Assembly (NCBI GenBank): GCA_964016885.1
Contig: OZ024743.1
Span: 17,236,001-17,300,000, forward strand
Direction: 5' to 3'
DNA length: 64,000 bases
Origin: Eledone cirrhosa
Taxonomy: Eukaryota
Position 1 is the stretch's first letter. Each line of letters starts with the position of its first letter. Position numbers and translations under genes: made by a program. Below the pieces are notes generated by a model. It did no database searches. It saw only the letters and a program-made list of their open reading frames with translations, and was not told where the DNA came from. This document shows positions 26,938-39,353 of the stretch, piece after piece.

Positions 26938-27138
26938 GTAAAAAAAAGTTCAAATATTTGGGCCAAAAGGCCCAAATATTATACTTTCCCCTTCACGGGG
27001 CAAAGTCTAAGGGCTTATATCCCTTACACAACAAGAAATATTTAACAACAAATAATTTAAACAGGCAAATAAAGCGACTTACTGTGAGCTAGCAAAATAC
27101 GTCCGCTTACACCAATAATAAATAATAATAATAATAAT

Positions 27139-27316
27139 TGTTTCTACGTTTGGCACAAGGCCAGTAATTACCCAGAGCATTACTGGTACTTTATTTTATC
27201 GACCCCGAAAGGATTTAAGGCAAAGTTAACCTCGGCGGGATTTGAACTCTGAATGGCAAGGGCCGTAACTCTATACGTCTAACCATGGCATCCGTCCCTC
27301 TACCGATACTACCAAT
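27139..27316 (-). mobile_element. tRNA-type SINE whose (ATT)n 3' flank is interrupted by LINE copy A
   Basis: Family core and tail present. The 3' end runs into (ATT)n and then directly into the 5' end of copy A. Confidence 0.88.
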
Positions 27317-27435
27317 ACTACTAATACATGCCAAACACTCGAGTCAATTTACGTCAACATCTATTTATATTTCAACTTCAACCCCATCACTACAGTACTA
27401 CGATCACATCACCACCACCACTGCCTCATTATCGC

Positions 27436-29792
27436 TTCCTCGGTGGAAGAAACGACTGAATGGTCAAATCAGGGAAATGAGAAATGTCATTGGAAAGCTT
27501 GAGTCCCTACTGAATGAGACACTAAAAAACATAGACGCTAAAAATAGACTGGAAATAAAGTACTAAACTAGGAGGAAAAGGTTAAATGTTATCACAGAGG
27601 AACTGAAGCAACGCATTGTAGCAAAGAGTGCAACATTTAGGCGAACGAGAGCAGAGTCAGTCAGTATAGACAGAACCGCATGTTTGACAACAACCAGAAG
27701 AAGTTATTTGGACAGCCTGAAGGGAAAGAAAGAGGCAACGACTTTATCGCTGAGGCGGAATAACTAAGACATTCTGGAGAGGAATATGGGAGTAGGTTGT
27801 GAAACATAATGATCAGGCAGTGTGGATTGAGACAGTACAAAAGGAGATTAGTGAACAGGCACACCAACAAACTGATTTGAGTATCACAGTTGAAACTCTC
27901 AAGGGGCAGTCCAAAATACTAACCAACTGGAAATCACCAGGCCCAGATGGTGTGCAAGGGTAATGGATTAAAAATGTAACATCCCTCCACCCGAAACTGA
28001 CAAACATGTTCAATGACTGCTTGATGTCAGGTGAGGTACCAGAGTGGTTGACAGAAGGTACCACAGTTCTGGTAATGAAAGACCGAATCAAGGGTAATTA
28101 TGTTACCAACTATAGACCTATCACATGTCTGTCCGTAATGTGGAAACTGTTGACAAGCATTGTGTCTGAGGAGATCTACCATCACCTCCACACAAACAAC
28201 TTGTTACCGGACGAACAGAAAGGATGCCGAAAGAAGTGCCATAGTTCAAAGGAACAGTTACTTATTGATAAGATGTTAATGAGAAATTGCAAGAGGAGAC
28301 ACACAGGTCTTGCCATGGGATGGATAGACTACAAAAAGGCATTTGACATGGTGCCTCATTCTTGGACTACCAAAAGCCTAAAGATCTTCAAGGTGGCAGA
28401 TAACATGAGATAATTGTTGAGCGAAAGTATTAAGTCCTGAAAAACAGAGTTAACATCAGCTGGAGAATCCTTGGGAGGCGTGAAGATCAAGACAGGTATC
28501 TTCCAGGGAGATAATATGTCCCCTCTGTTGTTTGTCCTTGCCCTGATGTCCCTGACCATTATACTGCGAAAAGTGAGAGCAGGATACAAGTTGGGAAAGG
28601 GAGAGCTTACCATCAATCACCTCCTCTTCATGGACGATCTTAAGCTCTTCGGGAAGTGTGAGAAGTAGTTGGATGTGCTTGTTGACACTGTCCGTATTTT
28701 CAGCGATGATATATGAATGGAATTTGGTATTATAAGTGAGAAGTCCTAGTGTTGAAGAGGGGGAAAAATTGAGCAGAAGCAACGGAATCCAGGTACCAAC
28801 ATTTGAGATGATAAAGGAAATTGACACTGAAGAAGGATTCAAATAGTTATGTGTTCTGGAGGCAGATGACATCAAGAACAAACAGATGAGGGAATTGATA
28901 AGATCTGAATACATTAGGAGAGTAAGGAGCGTATTAAAATCACATCTAAATAGTAGGAATGCCACAAGTGCAGTGAATTCCCGAGCTGTGTCTATTATTA
29001 GGTACAGTGCGGGAATTCTGAGATGGAATGTTGCTGAACAAAAAGAAATGGATAGGATGACTAGGAAGCTATTGATTATCTACAACATGTCCCACAAGAA
29101 GAGTGATGTCGGTAGACTCTACTTAAAGAGATCTGAAGGTGGAAGTGATTTATCAGCATAGAGGAATTTGTTCAGATGGAAAAAAACAACCTGCACAAAT
29201 ACGTGACCGACAGTAGGGAGCCAATGCTCAGAATTGTACTGAAGGGTAGAAAATAGAGCAGGAAATAACAACAAAAAGGAAGAGCAACCTTCATTAAAAC
29301 TCCCTTCATAGTAGCTTCTTTGAGAAAATTGAATATAATGATCCACAGACATAGAACTAGTTAAAAAGAGGAGACCTTAAAAAGGCTATAGAGGAATGCT
29401 AACGGCTGCGCAGGTGCAGGCACTCAAAACGAAGTGGGTGAAACACCATATTTACAAGGAGGAGGCTAGCCCACTGTGCAGGATCTGAGGAGAGATAGAG
29501 AGGAGACTGTGGCTCAGATTGTATCAAAGTGTAAACACCTAGCCCAGACTCACTATAAAGGCCGGAGACCTAAAGTCAGAGTCGTCCCGATTGTCATAGG
29601 CGCACTAGGTACTATCTCAAAGAGATTCCAAGGTTGGTAAAAGATATTTAGTCCAGACCAGCTTTTTGGAACACTTCAAAAGGCACGTCCTGAAAGATAC
29701 GTCCTGAATATCAGAGGCTGCAGGTAGCGGCTTGATATTCATTTAAACAAACTTTCCAGTTAAATAACATCAATGGCTGAGACTCAAAGAAC
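27436..29792 (+). mobile_element. R4/Dong-like (RLE-type) non-LTR retrotransposon, 5'-truncated and decayed
   Basis: PRWKKRL, NWKSPGPDGVQG, PEWLTEGTT, NYRPITCL, EQKGC, WIDYKKAFDMVPHSW, GIFQGD.MSPLLF, HLLFMDDLKL, CRI...ETVAQIVSKC, VVPIVIGALG. Ends in (TAA)n. Confidence 0.85.
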
Positions 29793-29823
<31 letters not shown>

Positions 29824-30066
29824 TTTTCTTTATTAACCACAAGGGTTTACATAAAGTAGACATTAAGGACAGTACGGGACAATACAGGACGGTAAAAATG
29901 GGCATTTCTGCGTGTAAAAAAAACAGAGGATGAAATAAAAAAACAAAGAAAAATTCCCCAATAGGGGGGAGACTTCCGAGGGACATTTGTGGAGAAAGCC
30001 CATTAAAAGACCACAGTGGCCCTGACCACCAGGGCAAGTGCCCTCTCCCAGTTTTCCACCTTTAAT

Positions 30067-33000
30067 TTACTGACACATACTCAGAGAAGGCCCATTCATT
30101 CGGGCCATACTTGCTTCTCTCACCCATCTTTCAACAAAATGCTGGGAAGAGAGCACTTCCCTCTCTACCCTGATTTTCCTTTTCAGATGAAATTTGAAAA
30201 AGTTAATCAGGGCATCACCGAAGAAGTAAGTGCTCGTCTTCAGCCCTTTCAAACGTGTCCACCATACTATCTCTTTCGCCCTGGCCACCAGACAGATAAA
30301 AACTGCCTGCCCTTCCTGGCTAAAGGAAGAGGGCGGGGCAATCCTCACAACGGACTCAGCTGATAGCTGGATCCGTCCTACACGTGACAGCAGATGTTCG
30401 ACATAAACCTACAAGTCAGCAATGCTCGGACACTGGACGAGTGCGTGCAGGACGGTTTTGTCGCCCTGTGCGCATCTCGGACATGCCCGGCTGACGGCAC
30501 ATCCATGCCTGTAAAGTTTATCCCGAACTGGCAAAGCACCCCGGTAGCAGTGCCAGGTCAGGGATTTCTGGAAGTTGTCCAGAGGCCCCGGCCCGAAAGT
30601 CCTTCCGAAGAGATTGGCTAGTTGATTTTCGTCGACGCCTAGAGTTTCTCCAAGTACGTCGTCGCTCTTCCCTTCCACTAATCCCCTATAGACCGCCTAG
30701 GTGGAGTTTCCACCGATCACATTGCCAGATTGGTCGAGGGCTGTGAACGCCTGAAGACATTCCAGTCTCCAAGCGCTCCCTCTCGGTCTTCGCTTGACCC
30801 AGGACTGCAGCTCCGTCAAGGAGACGAGCTGGGGAAAAACGTGTCTAGCAAACGGCGACCACACCTGATCACCGTCGAGGAAGAGGTGGAGATATCGTAG
30901 CCTGAGCGCGTGTCTGCGCATCATCAGCCACGGCATGCCCAGCCCTCCACGTAGCGGGTGTTGACAGCAGATGGACCGCCTGACCATAGGCGAAAGAGCA
31001 AACCCTCCAGCGCAGTCAGGTGGGGCTTAGGACAGGGTACGACGGTCAGGCGGTAGTAGATGACGGACGCGATGTACGCGTTAGCCACCTCCGCTCGACC
31101 TTTCAGAGATAGCTTCCTCTCGGACCATTTCTGGGTGAGAGAAGCCACCCTGCTCGTCACCTCGTCCCAGTTTTTGTCCGTCTGGAGGTCTGGACCGAAC
31201 CAGACCCCTAGCAATTTAACCGGTCCGTCTGTCCAGCGCCCAACGACGCTGTTGGACGGCATGGACCTGCCTCTCCAGGTGCCGGGCTGCAGGCCCACTG
31301 ACTTTTCCTGGTTGATCATTGCTCCTGTCACCGCTTCGTATTCTCTTAGTGTAGTGCCGATCGCCCCGATGTGTTTGGCGTTCGACACCACTACGGTGAC
31401 ATCGTCGGCATATGCTGACACGGATCTTCCGCATCCTAGTTCGCGCGGGATCCCCCTCAACGTCTCCAGTTTGTGCAGTAATGGCTCGAGAGTCAATACG
31501 TACAATAGGGACGAGAGGGGACATCCTTGGCGGACCGAGCGCATGATGTTGAACGGTTCCGAAAGGTGACCGTTCACTCTCACTACAGAGCAGATGTTGC
31601 TGTGCATGCAGCGATCCAGCCTGTGAAGACGGGCCCAAAGCCAGCCGCCCTCAGGACTGCCGCTAGATAACGATAGTCGACCCTATCGAAAGCTTTCGAC
31701 TGATCTAAATTAAACAACGACCCACCCGTGCCAGGTTCCCTAGCTACCCTCTCTACGATGTATCTTATTAGGTGGCGGTTGTCGTGGATGGATCTGTCAG
31801 AAATGGCGCATGTCTGAACCTCTCCCACCAGACCACCAACGACAAGCGCCAGCCTCTTTGCTAGCACCTTGGCCAAAATCTTGAACTCTGTGTTTAGCAG
31901 AGTTATGGGCCTGAAATTATCTATGTTATGCCCTTTGTTCGGATCCTTTCTCAGCAGCCCCACCGCTCCTCGGCTCACAGAGCTGGGAATTCTCCCGTTC
32001 TGTTGCCAGTTGCAGTAGACGTCCGCCAAGAGGCCTCCGAACAAGTTTGGCATTTGTACGTAAAGTTCATAGGGCAGACCATCCAAACCAGGCGATTTAC
32101 CCCTTGTGCAACTAGTCATTGCATCCCGTACTTCAGCGGTCGTTATCGGCTTTTCGCAACACTCCGCCTCAGTGGCCGAAAGCCGCGGCAGTCCGTCGAG
32201 GTAGACACTAAAGTGCATCCCTCGATCCGGCACACCACTGCCCCCGAACAGTTGAGCGAAGTGTTGCTGAAAAGTTTCACACATTTGCCCGGGATCGAGT
32301 AGCATGCGCCCGTCGTGGTCCACCAAAGACCGGATCGTGGCTTTGTTGCCACGACGCGCCTCCGCCACTCGGGCCCATTGAACGGCTTTCGTCCCCTCGT
32401 GTCTGAGAGCACGCACCCTAGCTCTGACAACGCAGCCTTCGTGCTTTGCATTGAAGAATTGGTCAAGGGCCAATTTCGCCGCAAGTACGTCGGTCGCGAT
32501 GCCTTTGCTAAGCGCCTCATCTAATTTTCTAACTAGTTCTCCCTCTGCTCTATTTTTCTCTATTGCTAAAGTCTTACTAAACCTAATGGACTCTATTCTA
32601 ATTGCTCTTTTCAGAGCAAACCACCACTTGTTGTTGACGATGGCCCCCGTCAATGCCCGCTTAACTAGTTCGCTAATACGGTCTCTGTAGGCCTTTCGCG
32701 CTGGTAAGGACGCGTTTAGCTTCCAGTAGCCGGGTCCTCGCCTATGAAGCCTATCTAAGTCAAGCACACAGATGACGAATTTGTGGTCCGTGTAGCTGAC
32801 TATCTTGAATTGTGGACAGCCTTTGCTAGACCTATCTATTTCCCTACAAAATACTCTATCTAGATATGATCTGGATGACCCTATGCGATTTGTCCAATCC
32901 ACATTGTTACATTCGGGAAATCCATTCGGTACCTGTCAGAGTGTTCAAAACGTCTGAGCAGGTTGGTGAGACTCTTGCACCCTCCTTCCCTATCCACTAA

Positions 33001-33462
33001 TCCCACACAATCCCAGCGTGCATCTAAGATCCCGTTCCAGTCTCCCACTAACACTAAAGAGCGGGACGTTCCAAGAAAGTTCTCCAGACGCCGGAAGAAA
33101 TAAGGCCGCCCTGCTCCTGTCGGGGCATAGACGGCCACTAACCTGAAAGCTTGCCCGTCTCCGCTGGTCACGTCCAGCACCACCAACTTACCTTCTGGGT
33201 CCAGGAAGATGGCCCGTATGGCAAGATCCAAACCTCTCCGAAAAAGCACAGCAACTCCTCCCCCCGATCCCGGACGGCTGGGAGATGCGTACACATCGTA
33301 GCCGCCGAAGATCGGTGCGAAAGCCTGTGCTTCGGAGATTCTGGTCTCGCTGATGGCCACTACATCTTTGTTTAGTGACCTGAGGTCGTTGAGCAGGTGG
33401 CCCTGCTTCCATGACGACCCCAAGCCACGCGCATTTATGCTGCCTATTCTGAGTGAGGTCAT
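30067..33462 (-). pseudogene. Copy B ORF2: APE + RT + zinc finger (frameshifted)
   Basis: INARGL, ISET, VYAP, GDWN, YLDRVF, TDH, KSPGLDGLP, DQSKAFDRVD, QGCPLSSLLY, YADD, CPRC...HALVQC. Confidence 0.93.
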
Positions 33463-33496
33463 GTTGAAAAGAAGTGGAAAAGATGGGAAAGACCAC

Positions 33497-35475
33497 TTAC
33501 CTTACTTCTCGTAGGGGAAGGACGGTTTTTCCATCCTTTTCACTGCTTGTGGCCTCCTCAGGAAGTATGTCCTTATAAATACTCCTGGAGAGTGCTTGTC
33601 GGAAGTCTCCGATGTCTTTGGGGAATTTTTGTTTTAGTGTCATGTACGTTTTCTGTGTGATGCGAGTGATTTGTATGTGTGGAGGTGGTGTGAATTTTGG
33701 GGTTTTTGTGTAGTCTTTTTCTGTGATGCTGGTGTTGTGTTGGATGTAGTGTAATAATTGCTTGTTGTTCAAATTTAATGCTGTGTAGTGTGTATCGTTT
33801 TGGTTGTTTTGTTTTGTTTGCGTTTGTTGTGGGTTTGTTTCTGTTTCGCATTTTGGTGACTTTTGTGGTGTAGGTGATGGTGGTGTTGGAGTTAATGATG
33901 GTGATGGTGTTGGTGTTTGGGTTGATGGGGTTGGTGATGCTGGTATGGATGGTGGCATATCTGTCCTAACTTTTTTGTTTCTTAGTTTATTTGTTTCCCT
34001 CTGTATTTTGTTTTTGGAGGGGGAAGGAAGAGAATTTTTTCTTTTTTGGTTTCTTTTTTTTTTTCCGGATATCGTTTCCCACTCCTCGTCGTCACAATCT
34101 GTCTCCAGTTGTGATAGGCCGGGGAGTGGAAAATCCTCCACAGGCGTTAGTTTTGGTTGTGGCATGGTGGATGGTGTAGGCGCTGGTGCTAGTTCTGAAG
34201 CGTTGGGTGGTGGTGGTGTTGGTTTTGCTGGTGGTGGTGGTGGTGTTGGTTTTGCTACTGTTGCTGGGGTTGTTGTTGTTATAGTTGCTTATGTTGTTGC
34301 TGCTACAGTTGTTGCTGCCATCTCTGCTACTGGTTGTGTTGATGGTTGTGTCACTGGGGTGGGTAGGAGAGGTGGCCTCAACCTTTTAGCCTGAGGGCAG
34401 AAAGCCCTTAGGTGGGTTCCTTCACCACAAACGGCACACCTAGGTCTTCTGCCCTCGACAATTACCGTGAGGTGGCTGCCGTCAGTGAGGTCTATTACCT
34501 CTGGAATCTCCTCAATGCTTTTTTGGTCTGCTTGGATCAGGAGCTCCATCCCAGATCCGGACCAGTTCTCCTGCTTTTCTTTTGCTATTGCTATTATTTT
34601 TGTGTTGGCTTCGATGCCGGCGAGGACGGCCGCTATTAGCCAGGGAATTTCGATGGCCGGTGGAACGTGGGTCACCCTGATCTTTACGAGTATCTGGCCA
34701 CAATAGCTTGGGACGAGTGTGAAGTCGTCACTTCTTAATGGGGCCATGGAGTGTTCTCTAGCCTCCTCTGGTGTTTCAAAGAACACGTCCACGGTTCCAT
34801 ACTTTTGCCCACGTCTGATGTGGGTTTTTCTTGCCCACACATGTCCCAAAGCTTTTTGGATTTGGGACTCGGATGCCCGCACCACTCGGCGCGATTTTAC
34901 ATTTATTGTTCTATACGACACGGTGCATAGGCGCCGATGCTCCATTTTATTAGGTAGGGGTGGGGGGGGGGGCTGACCCTGTACCCATCTTTCTTTACCA
35001 TTTGTTTGGCATTTTCTAAATCCTCCTGAGTTACCGTAAATGCTTCGAACGGTTTTGCTACTCTGGCGAAACTGAGGGTCGGTTTTATAATGTCATTGTT
35101 GTTGTTGTTGCTATCGTTATTTGTGTTAATATTAATTTTAGTTTCAGTTGTGGTGGTGATGACGTCAGTCAGCTTTGGTGGGGAAGAGTCCATTTTTCTT
35201 GATTTCATTTCGACATCACGAGTTAACTTATTTTTTTCTTCTTTTATTTCTGTTGTCGCGGTGGTGGTGGGGGTGGTGGTGGAGGCTTTAACACCTGCCG
35301 TCATTGGTAATGGCGGGAAATTAATGTCTGCCTGAGACAAATTTAAAATATTGCTAGTGCTTATATTTTTTTTAGTGTTGGCAAACGTAGTAACATATAC
35401 AATGGTGGTATCGGTGTGAGGTGTTAATTTGTGAGAAAGGCTTTCAGCTGCTTCGTGCAGAGGTGAATAAGCCAT
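33497..35475 (-). pseudogene. Copy B ORF1: gag-like protein (frameshifted)
   Basis: RRGQKYGTVDVFF block, knuckle CAVCGEGTHLRAFC, Pro/Thr linker, basic NLS-like stretch, conserved C-terminal domain. Confidence 0.82.
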
Positions 35476-35683
35476 TTTTTTTCAAAGAAATTTTTGATAA
35501 TAATAAAAGTTAAAATGTTGGGCACAAGGCCCCAATCATTTTGGGTGTCCTTTTCGGAAAACAATGTATGTGCGCTTATATATGGTTAATAATAAACATT
35601 TTCCATAAATGGCAATTTTTAACAAACGGAAATAACAAACATTTGCGGAGCTCACGATGATACGATTTACTACGTAGGTCGCC

Positions 35684-35723
<40 letters not shown>

Positions 35724-35966
35724 CTTTCTTTATTAACCACAAGGGTTTACATAAAGTAGACATTAAGGACAGTACAGGGCAATAAAGGACGGTACGAATG
35801 GGCATTTCTGCGTGTAAAAAAAACAGAGGATGTAATACAAAATAACAATGAAAAATTCCCCAATAGGGAGGAGACTTGCGAGGGACATTTGTGGAGAAAG
35901 CCCATTAAAAGGCCACACAACCCTGACCACCAGGGCAAGTGCCCTCTCCCAGTTTCCACCTTTAAT

Positions 35967-38900
35967 TTACAGACACATACTCAGAGTAGGCTAATTCACT
36001 CAGGCCATACTTGCTTCTTTCACCCATCTTTCAACAAAATGCTGGGCAGAGAGCACTTCCCTCTCTACCCTGATTTTCCCTTTCAAATGAAATTTGAAAA
36101 AGTTAATCGGCATCACCGAAGAGGTAAGTGCTCGTCTTCAGACATTTCAAACGTGTCCACCATACTATCTCTTTCGCCATGGCCACCAGACAGGTAAAAA
36201 CTGCCTGCCCTTCCTGGCTAAAGGAAGAGGGCGGGCAATCCTCACGATGGACTCAGCTGATAGCTGGATCCGCCCTACACGTGACAGCAGGTGTTCGACA
36301 TAAACCCACAAGTCAGCAATGCTCGGACATTGGACGAGTTCGTGCAGGACGGATTCGTCGCCCTGCGCGCATCTCGGACATGCCCGGCTGACGGCGCCTC
36401 CATGCCTGTAGAGTTTATGCCGAACTGGCAAGGCTCCTCGGTAGCACTGCCAGACCAGAGATTTCTGGAAGTTGTCCATAGGTCCCGGTCCGAAAGTTCT
36501 ACCGAAGAGATTGTCTAGTTGATTTTCATCGACGCCTAGAATTTCCCCAAGTACGTCGTCGCTCTTCCCCTCCACTAATCATCTATAGAACTCTGAGGTG
36601 GAGTTTCCACCGATCACATTGCCCGATTGGTCGAGGACTGTGAGCGCCTGAAAACATTCCAGTCTCCAGGCGCTCCCTCTCTGTCTTTGCTTGACCCAGG
36701 ACTGCAGCCCCGTCAAGGAAATGAGCTGGGGAAATACGTGTCTAGCAAACGGCGAGCACACCTGATCAGCGTCGAGGAAGAGATGGAGATGTAGTATGAG
36801 CGCGTGTCTGCGCATCATCAGCCACGGCATTCCCAGCCCTCCACGTAGCGGGTGTTGACAGCAGATGGACAGCCTGACCATCGGAGCGCGTCCCTTCCAC
36901 AAAAAGCGAAAGAGCAAACGCTCCAGCGCAGTCAGGCGGGGCTTAGGTACGACGGTCAGGCGGTAGCAGATGACAAACGCGATGTACGCATTCGCCACCT
37001 CCGCTCGACCTTTCGGGGATAGCTTCCTCTCCGCCCATTTCTGGGTGAGACAAGCCACCCTGCTCGTCACCGTGTCCCAGTTTGGAGGTCCGGACCGAAC
37101 CAGACCCCTAGCAATTTAACCGGTCCGTCTGTCCAGCGTCCGACGACGCTTTTGGACGGCATGAACGTGCCTCTCCAGGTGCCGAGCTGCAGGTCCACTG
37201 ACTTTTCCTGGTTGATCATTGCTCCTGTCACCGTTTCGTATTCTCTTAGTGTAGTGCCGATCGCCTCGATGTGTTTGGCTTTCGCCACCACTACGGTGAC
37301 ATCGTCCGCATATGCTGACACGGAACTTCCGCATCCTAGTTCGCGGGGGACGCCCCTCAACGTCTCCAGTTTGTGCAGTAATGGCTCAAGAGTCAATACG
37401 TACAAGAGGGACGAGAGGGGACATCCTTGGCGGACCGAGCGCATGAAGTTGAACGGTTCCGAAAGGTGAACGTTCACTCTCACCACAGAGCAGATGTCGC
37501 TGTGCATGGCAGTGATCCAGCCTCTGAAGACGGGCCCAATGCCAGCCGCCCTCAGGACTGCCGCTAGATAACGATAGTCGACCCTATCGAAAGCTTTCGA
37601 CTGATCTAAATTAAACAACGACCCACCCGTGCCAGGTTCCCTAGCTACCCTCTCTACGATGTATCTTATTAGGTGGCGGTTGTCGTGGATGGATCTGTCA
37701 GAAATGGCGCATGTCTGAACCTCTCCCACCAGCCCACCAACGACAAGCGCCAGCCTCTTTGCTAGCACCTTGGCCAAAATCTTGAACTCTGTGTTTAGCA
37801 GAGTTATGGGCCTGAAATTATCTATGTTATGCCCTTTGTTCGGATCCTTTCTCAGCAGCCCCACCGCTCCTCGGCTCACAGAACTGGGAATTCTCCCGTT
37901 CTGTTGCCAGTCGCAGTATACGTCCACCAAGAGGTCTCCGAACAAGTCTGGCATCTGTACGTAAAGTTCATAGGGCAGACCATCCAAACCAGGCGATTTA
38001 CCACTTGTGCAGCCAGTCATTGCCTCCCATACTTCAGCAGCTGTTATCGGCTTTTCGCAACACTCAGTGGCAGAGAGCCGCGGCAGTCCGTCGAGGTAGA
38101 CACTAAAGTCCATCCCTCGACCCGGCCCACCGCTGCCCCCGAACTGCTGAGCGAAGTGTCGCTGAAAAGCTTCACACATTTGCCCGAGATCGAGTAGCAT
38201 GCGCACGTTGTGAACCACCAAAGACCGGATCGTGGCTTTGTTGCGACGACGCGCCTCCGCCACTCGGGCCCATTGAACGGCTTTCGTCCCCTCGTGTCTG
38301 AGAGCACGCACCCTAGCTCTGACAACGCAGCCTTCGTACTATGCATTGAAGAATTGGTCAAGGGCCAATTTCGCCGCAAGCTCGTCTAATGTTCTAACTA
38401 GTTCTCCCTCTGATCTATTTTTCTCTATCGCTAAAGCCTTACTAAACCTAATGGATTCTATTATAATCGCTCTTTTCAGAGCAAACCACCACTTGTTGTT
38501 GACGATGACCCCCGTCAACGCCCGCTTAGCTAGTTCGCTAATCCGGTATCTGTAGGCCTTGTGCGCTGGTAAGGATGCGTTTAGCTTCCAGTAGCCGGGT
38601 CCTCGTCTATGAAGCCTATCTAAGTCAAGCACACAGATCACGAATTTGTGGTCCGTGTAGCTGACTATCTTGAATTGTGGACAGCCTATGCTAGACCTAT
38701 CTATTTCCCTACAAAATACACTATCTAGATATGATCTGGATGACCCAATGCGATTTGTCCAAGTCCACATTGGCACATTCGGGAAATCCAATCGGTACCT
38801 GTCAGAGAGTTCAAAACGCCTGAGCAGGTTAGTGAGACTCTTGCCCCCTCCACCCCTATCCGCTAATCCCACACAGTCCCACAGCGTGTATCTAAGATCC

Positions 38901-39318
38901 CGTTCCAGTCGCCCACTATCACTAAAGAGCAGGACGTTACAAGAAAGTTCTCCAGACGCCGGAAGAAATCAGGCCGCCCTGCTCCTGTCGGAGCATAGAC
39001 GGCCACTAGCCTTAAAGCTTGCCCGTCTCCGCTGGTAACGTCCAGCACCACCAACTTATCCTCTGGGTCCGTATGGCGAGATCCACACCTCTCCGAAAAA
39101 GCACAGCAACTCCTCCCCCCCGATCCAGGACGGCTGGGAGATGCGTACACATCGTAGCCGCCGAAGATCGGTGCGAAGGCCCGTGCTTCGGAGATTCTGG
39201 TCTCGCTGATGGCCGCTACATCTATGTTTAGAAACCGGAGGTCGTTGAGCAGGTGACCCTGCTTCCATGACGACCCCAAGCCACGCCCATTTATGCTGCC
39301 TATTCTGAGTGAGGTCAT
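35967..39318 (-). pseudogene. Copy C ORF2: APE + RT + zinc finger (frameshifted)
   Basis: Same motifs as copy B, to which it is highly similar at the nucleotide level. Confidence 0.93.
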
Positions 39319-39353
39319 GTTTAACATAGAGTGGAAAAGATGAGAAAGACCTC

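Larger units (their letters stand above)
21294..27113 (-). mobile_element. Tx1-clade non-LTR retrotransposon, copy A (full length, degenerate)
   Basis: ORF1 with a CCHC knuckle plus ORF2 with APE, RT and CCHC. AATAAA at 21301-21306. (AAT)n on both flanks (21254-21293, 27114-27138). Confidence 0.92.
29823..35683 (-). mobile_element. Tx1-clade non-LTR retrotransposon, copy B (full length, degenerate)
   Basis: Two ORFs, AATAAA at 29829-29834, (AAT)n flanks at 29793-29822 and 35684-35722. Confidence 0.93.

Noticed and set aside
21251-27326. tactaata at 21251 and 27319 as the TSD of the SINE interrupted by LINE A
   Set aside because: Only 8 bp of AT-rich sequence overlapping the microsatellite; could be chance.
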